IMG/VR virus record: IMGVR_UViG_3300045988_183078
Length of the DNA: 64,000 nt
Strand: one strand, 5' to 3'
Source: a virus
This document shows positions 1 to 6,750 of the stretch, piece by piece. The notes under the pieces were generated by a model. The model did not search any database. It saw nothing but the letters and a program-made list of their open reading frames with translations, and had not been told where the DNA came from. Position numbers and translations under genes: made by a program. Numbering within the stretch: position 1 is the stretch's first letter; every line of letters begins with the position of its first letter.

Positions 1-253
1 GATTGTCCAGCTCTTTCGTAAAAGGCACACTCTTATCGAGCATTGCCTTTACGGTTGCGGTATCCCACTGGAGAAGATTGTCAGATAACGTGCCGCTTTC
101 CAGCACTTGGGTCCTGTAGACATCTTCAAAGGTCTTGAGCGCATCAGGGCTTGTTTTCAGCATCGATGCAAGCTCTTCATAGGAAAACGGCTCATTTTCT
201 TTCTTAGATAGCATTGCACCGATTTGAGCAAGCATGTCATTGAACTGAGCCAT
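1..253 (-). CDS. hypothetical protein, partial (N-terminus in window, runs off the 5' edge). Begins MAQFNDMLAQIGAMLSKKENEPFSYEEL...
   Basis: ATG at 253-251 overlaps the stop of the upstream gene (TGATG). GAGGAGG RBS 6 nt upstream. Open frame continues to position 1. Confidence 0.5.
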   Translation of the reverse strand, partial: MAQFNDMLAQIGAMLSKKENEPFSYEELASMLKTSPDALKTFEDVYRTQVLESGTLSDNLLQWDTATVKAMLDKSVPFTKELDN

Positions 254-585
254 CAGTAGCCCTCCTCATCGGAAATCTCATCTGCCGTCAGGTCTTCGTT
301 GAAGTCCACGGTCAAATCAGCAACCGGCGCGTCCAGCTTTTTAAGGCCGAACGACTCATAGAAGCCATCAGGAATCTCGGCCGCATCACCCCAGTTGAAG
401 TAGCCACTGTTGAGTCGCAGCGTCTTTTTGCCTTCTTCGGTATCCAGATAAGACTTTACGGCGTTGCGTACTTGCGTGAGAACGTCATACGCTTTTTCAG
501 AGTCATACTCAAACTGCAACATGGTCGTCTCGGTGCTGAATGGGCCGATGATTTCGTTTGCTGCGATAGTAAAAATTTTAGTCAT
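253..585 (-). CDS. small acidic protein (110 aa), function unknown
   Basis: Six-frame ORF with AAAGGAG RBS about 10 nt upstream. Strongly acidic composition (many D/E). Preceded by promoter P1 and a leader hairpin. Confidence 0.6.
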   Translation of the reverse strand: MTKIFTIAANEIIGPFSTETTMLQFEYDSEKAYDVLTQVRNAVKSYLDTEEGKKTLRLNSGYFNWGDAAEIPDGFYESFGLKKLDAPVADLTVDFNEDLTADEISDEEGY

Positions 586-605
586 TGTAAATACACTCCT
601 TTGTT

Positions 606-650
606 TTGACGCAAAAAGAGCGGGCCTCCCGCGTGGGAAGTCCGCTCTTC
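606..650 (-). terminator. leader intrinsic-terminator-like hairpin (AGAGCGG..CCGCTCT stem plus T-run) between promoter P1 and the gene
   Basis: Minus-strand reading: GAAGAGCGGACTTCCCACGCGGGAGGCCCGCTCTTTTTGCG. Confidence 0.55.
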
Positions 651-714
651 AAGCGAAATTGTGAATACGAAGGGCAAGTCGCCTTTTCGATTATGTTATC
701 TATCGTACACTTTT

Positions 715-742
715 ATCTTATGCAATTCGCATATTTTGACAA
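715..742 (-). promoter_or_regulatory. sigma70-type promoter P1 (TTGTCA-16-TAAGAT) with conserved spacer core TGCGAATTGCA
   Basis: Hexamers and 16-nt spacing read on the minus strand. The spacer motif is shared with 11 other promoters in the window. Confidence 0.6.
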
Positions 743-914
743 CCAAGTGCTTTTGTTGGATGAATGATTGGATACGAGTGGCATCGTCATATTCGAGATG
801 AAGGGTCGCGTTTACCATATTAGTAATAGCTTGGATTGGTTATTGGATAGAATTGGATAGATTTTGTATTGCTATGAGTTAATATCTAATCAAGAACGGA
901 ACAGTTGATACCCT

Positions 915-2072
915 TTACGGCTTGCAATACCCGCAAGGTGTATAGCCCTGCTCGATTAGGTCATCGCGGGAACCTGTATAGTCTTTGCGGTTTGCATCGC
1001 TCATTTGAGCTACGGCGGAGCAGTCAGGCTTATGAAATTTCATAGAGTTTGTGTTCAGGACATAGGTACTGACCGTCGTATCCTTTTGCTGTGACTCCTC
1101 GACCTCGACTGTATCGGTGGTAGTGCTTTCTGCCGCCTGGTGATATTCGCCGTAAGTGAAAATTACGTCCTTACCGTCCGATGTGCAGTAGATGTCTCCC
1201 ATCTCGTCAGTTCTGAAAACCTCAATGTCTTTGCTCTGGAGCTTTGCCAAAGTGATGTCGTGTGGATGACCATAGCTGTTGTCCTTGCCACAGGAAATAA
1301 CAGCATAGGCTGGATTCACTGTGTCGAGGAACGCTTCGGATGTGGAGGTTCGAGAACCATGATGACCTACCTTCAGAACAGTGGACTGGATGTCCTGACC
1401 AGACTGCAGGATAACATCTTCGGCAGGCTCTTCTGCGTCACCCGTAAACAGGAATGAGGTTTCTCCATAAACGATGCGTAGGACAATGGAGGTATTGTTG
1501 GTATCGTCCGGCACTGAGTTCACAGCGATGACAGTCACTTCGGCATCGCCAAGGGAGAATGTATCCCCTACCGACGGAATCGTAAGGCCGTTGCCTCTTT
1601 CTTCCGCTCGCTGCTTGAAGTTCCGAAAAGCTTTACTGTCGTACTCTGTGACAGGGCAATACGTGACATCAGCCGTCACGGCTTCGAATGCACCGGAAAG
1701 ACCTCCGATATGGTCTTCATGGGCGTGCGTGCCAACAACATAATCCAGATGTCCGTCTGTCTCACGTTCCAGAACAGAATATACGAGGTCAGAATCATCA
1801 ACATTGCCGCCATCAATAAGCATAGAATGCCCATCACAGGTAACGAGAGCAGAGTCCGCCTGCCCCACATCAATGAAGTGGATAGTAAAGCTGCCGTCTT
1901 CCGTTACGCCAGCCGTCTGCTCACTGTTAGAAACAGGACTTTCTGAGACGACCCCGGATACAGGAAGACTACCCGAATCAATCGGGGTCTGACCGCAGCC
2001 TGTGAAGCTGAGAGTGAAGAGGGCCGCAATCGTTGCCGCTGCTCTCCGTAAGAATGTGTTTTTGCTTTGCAT
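915..2072 (-). CDS. MBL-fold metallo-hydrolase lipoprotein (ComEC/Rec2-like beta-lactamase domain) with a C-terminal Ada-like zinc-binding motif
   Basis: Signal peptide with lipobox LSFTGC. HAHEDHIGG (HxHxDH) metallo-beta-lactamase motif. C-terminus FHKPDC...GYTPCGYCKP resembles the Ada N-terminal Zn-binding pattern. GGAG RBS. Confidence 0.8.
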   Translation of the reverse strand: MQSKNTFLRRAAATIAALFTLSFTGCGQTPIDSGSLPVSGVVSESPVSNSEQTAGVTEDGSFTIHFIDVGQADSALVTCDGHSMLIDGGNVDDSDLVYSVLERETDGHLDYVVGTHAHEDHIGGLSGAFEAVTADVTYCPVTEYDSKAFRNFKQRAEERGNGLTIPSVGDTFSLGDAEVTVIAVNSVPDDTNNTSIVLRIVYGETSFLFTGDAEEPAEDVILQSGQDIQSTVLKVGHHGSRTSTSEAFLDTVNPAYAVISCGKDNSYGHPHDITLAKLQSKDIEVFRTDEMGDIYCTSDGKDVIFTYGEYHQAAESTTTDTVEVEESQQKDTTVSTYVLNTNSMKFHKPDCSAVAQMSDANRKDYTGSRDDLIEQGYTPCGYCKP

Positions 2073-2089
2073 TGGAAATTTCTCCTTTC

Positions 2090-2138
2090 AAATAAAAAAG
2101 AGCGGGCCTACCCCGGAATGGGATAGGTCCGCTCTTGA
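2090..2138 (-). terminator. leader terminator-like hairpin between promoter P2 and the MBL gene (same AGAGCGG/CCGCTCT stem as at 606-650)
   Basis: Minus strand: CAAGAGCGGACCTATCCCATTCCGGGGTAGGCCCGCTCTTTTTTATTTG. Confidence 0.55.
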
Positions 2139-2203
2139 AACAGATTGTGAACGATAGAAAATCTTAACATCTTTATGCGTTTGGTATCTATCGTACAATC
2201 AAT

Positions 2204-2231
2204 ATTGTAGTCAATTCGAAAGAAATGGCAA
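2204..2231 (-). promoter_or_regulatory. promoter P2 (TTGCCA-16-TACAAT), spacer core TCGAATTGAC
   Basis: Read on the minus strand. Followed by conserved block GTACGATAGATA, as at P1. Confidence 0.55.
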
Positions 2232-2233
2232 GG

Positions 2234-2458
2234 CTATCGCCTTTGGTCATGGGACACTTTAATGTCTGCATAAATGCAGCACCCGATAAACCCAGCACTG
2301 CAAATACAGCCCGTCGCGATATGGCGAGGATAAAGAATGAGCCATGTGGGGTCAGTCATCGCCTTTGCCCAAAAAAGAACGTCCGCCAAAGCAATGGTGA
2401 GCGGAATGATAATGGTCTTTGTGACCTTCCAGATTTTCAGTAGTTTTTCCTTTGACAT
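2234..2458 (-). CDS. small hydrophobic/membrane protein (74 aa), hypothetical
   Basis: ORF co-oriented with neighbours, hydrophobic stretch. No domain recognised. Confidence 0.35.
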   Translation of the reverse strand: MSKEKLLKIWKVTKTIIIPLTIALADVLFWAKAMTDPTWLILYPRHIATGCICSAGFIGCCIYADIKVSHDQRR

Positions 2459-2470
2459 CTTTTGGTACTC

Positions 2471-3244
2471 CTAAGCAGACAGCGTGGCTCTGACGACATA
2501 GCGTTGGTTTGTGGTTTGGTAGTATCCGAACGGATAGCAGGTATACATCACGAGCCGGTCAGTGGTGTCCAAAAGGTCCACAAGAATGGTTCCATCATCG
2601 GCCACCACAGTGCTTGCATCTTCCGTTACGGTTCCGGGCCTAGCGGAATCTATCGTATATACGTATTGTCCGTAGTCTGTAGTGACCACAAATTCGTCTC
2701 CAATACTCACGTATTGAAGCAAAGCCAAAGTGCTGTCGTTATGAGAGCAAAGAAGATGGCAACCACCGTACCCGACCTGATAGGAGCCTGTGTACTGATA
2801 TACACCGCTGCGGCTGTCGAGGAGAGCTTGGTCATCGCCCCAGATAAGGGAAGCGTTGATACCTGCGCTGCTGCATGAGATGGTCCCATAGGACGAACCG
2901 TATGTTGCAGGCACCACATCAGCCCATACGCTGGTCGTGAGTGGAACCGGAGTATCTGTAGGGACCGGCGTTAGCGCTTCGGTTGGTTCAGGAGTCTGTG
3001 TAGGAGTAGGTTCTGGTGCAGCTGTTGGTTTCGACAAAGGAGCATGAGGTGTGGGTTCCGGGATGCTGTCGGTGCTTAGATAAATCGCATCATTCGCTGT
3101 CTCAGCCGTTGCCGCTGATTCCGTTGTGCTGGCAAAAGAGTCTGGTGGTACTGATACGGGAGTAGATGCACTACTCGCGCAAGCTGTGGCAAAGGTCAGT
3201 ACGCCTACTGCCACAGCAGTTATCACTGCTTTTGTCCGTCTCAT
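2471..3244 (-). CDS. sortase-family transpeptidase (N-terminal signal/anchor, Pro/Thr-rich linker, catalytic domain)
   Basis: IGDEFVVTTDYGQYVYTI...LVMYTCYPF matches the sortase beta-barrel/TLxTC catalytic-Cys region. N-terminal TM segment and PT-rich linker present. Confidence 0.75.
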   Translation of the reverse strand: MRRTKAVITAVAVGVLTFATACASSASTPVSVPPDSFASTTESAATAETANDAIYLSTDSIPEPTPHAPLSKPTAAPEPTPTQTPEPTEALTPVPTDTPVPLTTSVWADVVPATYGSSYGTISCSSAGINASLIWGDDQALLDSRSGVYQYTGSYQVGYGGCHLLCSHNDSTLALLQYVSIGDEFVVTTDYGQYVYTIDSARPGTVTEDASTVVADDGTILVDLLDTTDRLVMYTCYPFGYYQTTNQRYVVRATLSA

Positions 3245-3286
3245 ATAACAAGTCCTTTCTGGTCGTTAGTAAAAATCAAAGCTGCC

Positions 3287-3952
3287 TCAATGCTTAACGA
3301 ATCGAGGCAGCTTTTTGGCAACGGACATGATAAGCCATTTTTGCGTTTCTTCTGAGAGTTGGTGCGGTTTGCACTCTACCTTCTTGCGGATACCATAGGT
3401 GCTTTCACCGTCATAGTAAATCAGGACACCGATGCCATCGGGAATTTCGCCTTTCACTTTTTTATAGAGAGCCGTCGGCATAGCATAGTAGTTGCAATGC
3501 CCTACAAAGTTATGCCCGTGGTCAGAGTGAAAGTCCCCTAATGAGACTTTTATTTCTACACAGGTGATGACGGTATCAATCGTGTAGAGATGCTGTGTCT
3601 TATACAACCTACAGAACCGCTCGGTGCAAGGTTCGTTGCGAAAATTCCAGTTGGAGATGTCCTTCGGGCAATTCACTTCCTGCGTCCATTGTTCGATAGA
3701 CGGCATAACGAGGTCTTTATCCTCGTCGGAGTACATCGACAATTTGCAAGTCCCACACTTTGTCTCAGAAGTGAAACACTCCTGCACACGGACGAAGTCA
3801 ACCAGACCAGAGCGTGTCGTGCCGCACTCCACCGGCACTTCAAGAGCATCGAAGCCCTGGCGGAATGTATCCGTTCTATACCCGCCGTAGTTGGTTGGAT
3901 TCCAGTTATGGAGCGCCACCTCAATTTCGCGGGTCAATTGTGTTTTAGCCAC
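3287..3952 (-). CDS. Cys-rich hypothetical protein, possible PD-(D/E)xK-like fold
   Basis: 221-aa ORF with several CxxC-like pairs. VDFVRVQE ... VEIKVS pattern is compatible with a D...E-x-K nuclease core. Speculative. Confidence 0.55.
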   Translation of the reverse strand: MAKTQLTREIEVALHNWNPTNYGGYRTDTFRQGFDALEVPVECGTTRSGLVDFVRVQECFTSETKCGTCKLSMYSDEDKDLVMPSIEQWTQEVNCPKDISNWNFRNEPCTERFCRLYKTQHLYTIDTVITCVEIKVSLGDFHSDHGHNFVGHCNYYAMPTALYKKVKGEIPDGIGVLIYYDGESTYGIRKKVECKPHQLSEETQKWLIMSVAKKLPRFVKH

Positions 3953-3958
3953 TTGTGT

Positions 3959-4078
3959 TTACCTCAGAATATCATGGCCCAGCTGAATCATCTTTTTACG
4001 CTTTTTGTGCAAAGAGACAAGATGCGCAACGGCAGCTGCGATACCGGCTACCATTACGATTTTCAGGAATTTCTTCAT
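3959..4078 (-). CDS. small membrane peptide (39 aa: MKKFLKIVMVAGIAAAVAHLVSLHKKRKKMIQLGHDILR)
   Basis: AGGAGAA RBS 5 nt upstream of ATG. Single TM helix followed by a basic tail. Not in the supplied ORF track. Confidence 0.4.
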   Translation of the reverse strand: MKKFLKIVMVAGIAAAVAHLVSLHKKRKKMIQLGHDILR

Positions 4079-4096
4079 GGGGGTTCTCCTTTCAGG

Positions 4097-4963
4097 TTAC
4101 GCCTTTTTCTTGGCCTTTTTGGTTTCGGGTTTTACGATACGTCCCGTGGCATCGTAGATGTTGTACGGAAAATCACCGTCATTGATGCGCTTTGCGACAC
4201 GCTGGCCGGTGGCAGTCTTATAATACTGGTTCAGTCGGTTCGCAGTACGGTAGAAGGCATACTTTGCATACTGTGTGCCGGTTTTGGAAGTGTTGTTGCG
4301 AATCAGGTCATCACGCAGCATGACGGCATAGTGCTCGGCTTCATTGGTCGTGAAACCGCTATAGAAAACTTCGAGAAACTTGGCGATATAGGCTTCGGGC
4401 ACATCGTTCATCGCTGCCACAATCATGGCGGCGGTGATACCGGCGGAAGACAGGCCACGCATCGAACCACGCTTAATATGGCTCGTGACCATCTCAATCT
4501 GAGGCCGATACTTGGCGAGCCACTCGGTCAGGTCTTCCTCATGGCTTAAATTGGAGCCGGAAAACATACGGCCGATAAGGTTGGCTGCCGAGAGAATTGT
4601 TTTGTCGGTCCAACTCATGTCGTAGTCTGACATCTGGACACGGTTCGCCATCGAGCGGCTGTTGCCGGAATCGATGTGCTGAGACTTGGGCGCATTGAAG
4701 GTCACGTTCATGCGTACTGTAACGCCGGACTCTACTACCGCCATCAGACGGTGCTGACCATCGACCAACGTGCCATCGGTGGCAATCGCAATGCCCTGAT
4801 GAGTCGTGTCCCAGTGACCCTCGCGCATATCCTTTGCCATTTTCTTGACCTTGGCAAAGTTCACATTGCGGTTGTTGGTGTTCTTCTCAAGCCACTGCTT
4901 TGCAAGCGCCGGAGTGACGAGATAGCCGTCACGAGTATGCTGTTCAAAATTATAACGTCCCAT
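4097..4963 (-). CDS. ParB/Srx-superfamily nuclease-domain protein with DGQHR motif (DndB-like/ParB N-terminal domain)
   Basis: The DGQHR signature is present (GTLVDGQHRLMAV). 288 aa. Typical of plasmid/ICE accessory regions. Confidence 0.8.
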   Translation of the reverse strand: MGRYNFEQHTRDGYLVTPALAKQWLEKNTNNRNVNFAKVKKMAKDMREGHWDTTHQGIAIATDGTLVDGQHRLMAVVESGVTVRMNVTFNAPKSQHIDSGNSRSMANRVQMSDYDMSWTDKTILSAANLIGRMFSGSNLSHEEDLTEWLAKYRPQIEMVTSHIKRGSMRGLSSAGITAAMIVAAMNDVPEAYIAKFLEVFYSGFTTNEAEHYAVMLRDDLIRNNTSKTGTQYAKYAFYRTANRLNQYYKTATGQRVAKRINDGDFPYNIYDATGRIVKPETKKAKKKA

Positions 4964-5041
4964 TGTGATTTCCTTCCTGTTTGATAGGCATGTAATATGA
5001 CTGATTTGTATTTACTGTGATTTGCCGATAAATGAGACTGA

Positions 5042-5548
5042 TTAGATGACGTGCTTTTCGGCCGAATACTGACGATTGACCAGTTCCTGCGTACTCATGG
5101 CGCAGAACCCTGCATCGGCGGCCGCGTCAACCGCCTTGAAGTAGTCGTCCACAAAGAGGATTTGGGAAGGTTCCAAGCCATAGACTTTTGCAAACATCTG
5201 CATAACGGTCACTTTGCGCTCCGGGCTGGATGTGCCCAGCATGTCATGGAACTGACCCGGAAAGTGCATCTCAAGCCACTGTTTCTTGAACGGCAGCGTG
5301 ATGCTGTCCTGCACAAACGAGATGCAGTATTTCGGAATGTCGGGGCAGCTCTCAAGGAAGTGCTGGATGAGGTCATTTGGCTCACCGATTTCATCAAAGA
5401 TTCGGTAGCCGTCCTTCGTTTCTTTTTCCCGGCGCAGGAGCCGTTCTCTATGTGCTTCGCCCGTAGAGTCGAGACGCTGTTCCCGATAGTGGATAAGCAG
5501 AGTATCATCAAAATCGAAGAACATCATCTTGATTTTTGAAAGGTTCAT
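5042..5548 (-). CDS. HAD-superfamily hydrolase
   Basis: FFDFDDTL (DxDxT motif I) and LFVDD (motif IV). AAGGAG RBS 9 nt upstream of the ATG at 5548. The longer 5581 start lacks an RBS. Confidence 0.8.
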   Translation of the reverse strand: MNLSKIKMMFFDFDDTLLIHYREQRLDSTGEAHRERLLRREKETKDGYRIFDEIGEPNDLIQHFLESCPDIPKYCISFVQDSITLPFKKQWLEMHFPGQFHDMLGTSSPERKVTVMQMFAKVYGLEPSQILFVDDYFKAVDAAADAGFCAMSTQELVNRQYSAEKHVI

Positions 5549-5561
5549 GTTTCTTTCTCCT

Positions 5562-5846
5562 TTATTTGTAGGCAATTTCATGGTTCACGACATCAGACTC
5601 CGTCAGAAAGACGTTACTATAGTCGTTATCATCCGTTCCGGCACAAACATGGTGCTCATAAGGCATAGAGCCTTCTTGCTCCACATCGATGAGCCAGATA
5701 CCGTCGGTGTAGTGGACGAACAAAACCGTGTCATCTTCCAGAAAGAGCCAGACACCGACTACATCGTAGCAGCCGATTTCGTCTTCTGCATAATTCGAGT
5801 TGTCCAAGCAGACGAGGTCATCGCTCGAACCGTAAATTTTGACCAT
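5562..5846 (-). CDS. hypothetical protein (94 aa)
   Basis: GGGAGG RBS upstream of MVKIYGSSDD. Confidence 0.55.
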   Translation of the reverse strand: MVKIYGSSDDLVCLDNSNYAEDEIGCYDVVGVWLFLEDDTVLFVHYTDGIWLIDVEQEGSMPYEHHVCAGTDDNDYSNVFLTESDVVNHEIAYK

Positions 5847-5861
5847 TCTGTACCTCCCTGC

Positions 5862-6146
5862 CCTATTTAACAATGCAGTCCTTTACCGCAGCCTCTGACT
5901 CTGCATACTGCTGAGCATGGCTCTTGGCTGCCTGCAGCAAAGCGTCACGTTCTGCCTCAAGGCCACTTGCATGGATGTGTGCCGTGTTCTTTTAGCACAT
6001 GAGACAGTATGCTGCCGAACCGCCTGGCGGATGACTGCGTTTGTATGCTGAATGTTGGCAGTTTCCGAACTCGAAAAGTCTCTATCCGTGTCTTTTTTAA
6101 GATTGTATTCGGTTACAGCCTTTGCGAACTCAATAGATGTCGTCAT
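5862..6146 (-). pseudogene. frameshifted hypothetical gene. N-terminal part MTTSIEFAKAVTEYNLKKDTDRDFSSSETANIQHTNAVIRQAV..., C-terminal part in another frame ...KNTAHIHASGLEAERDALLQAAKSHAQQYAESEAAVKDCIVK
   Basis: GGAGG RBS. Start overlaps the stop of the upstream HTH gene by 17 nt. Plausible protein sequence continues in a second frame after about position 5995, implying a 1-nt indel. Confidence 0.45.
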
Positions 6147-6750
6147 AGCTGCCTCCGATTCCGGCCCAAAGAGCTTCATCGCTCAAGTCATTGCGCGGGC
6201 ATTTGATAATGCCAGCTTCTCTTAAAATTTTTCTTGCTTCATTTGGCGTTAATCCATATTGCTTAGCAAGATTCGATAGAGACTGATTTGGAATAGCTCT
6301 GGCTTGGGCAATCAATCGTCTTTTCCTCTCGGCCCAATCGATTTCGGATTTCTTTGTTTTGGGTGCAGAGCGAACGGTTCTCTCGAAGTTGATTTCGAGG
6401 TCTTTTTGGTACTTCTTCGCGATTGCCTGAATGCCGCTGCTGGTCATGCCCCACTTTTCGGCAATTTTGATGTAAGGCACACCGTTTATGTAATCTTCGT
6501 AGATTTTCTTGTTCCTGGCACGCTTTGCCTGTGTGTTTTTCTGCCAGTTTAAGCGCGTCTTTTCCAAACCGTATTCAGAGTCTGAACGAAGGATTTGTAC
6601 AATCCTATAGCCAGTCACCCCGTATTTATCAGCCAAATCCACGACACACACGCCATCCATATAATCTCGGTAAATCGCGTCATTACGTTCTTTCAAGGAT
6701 TCATGGACGTCGTTATGTCTTGGCTTCATCTTAGTATCGCTATTTCCCAT
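6130..6750 (-). CDS. DNA-binding regulator with three tandem HTH repeats (Mor/sigma-70 region-4-like)
   Basis: Three repeats of the pattern [LI]AxKYG[VLM]T...I..I (VVDLADKYGVTGYRIVQIL, YIKIAEKWGMTSSGIQAIAKKY, SNLAKQYGLTPNEARKILREAG). GGAGG RBS. ATG overlaps the helicase stop. Confidence 0.65.
   Translation of the reverse strand: MGNSDTKMKPRHNDVHESLKERNDAIYRDYMDGVCVVDLADKYGVTGYRIVQILRSDSEYGLEKTRLNWQKNTQAKRARNKKIYEDYINGVPYIKIAEKWGMTSSGIQAIAKKYQKDLEINFERTVRSAPKTKKSEIDWAERKRRLIAQARAIPNQSLSNLAKQYGLTPNEARKILREAGIIKCPRNDLSDEALWAGIGGSYDDIY

Noticed and set aside
3590-4549. 319-aa plus-strand ORF
   Set aside because: Antisense to two minus-strand genes with clear domain signatures (ParB-DGQHR and a Cys-rich protein). 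Low-complexity R/H/L-rich translation. No RBS.
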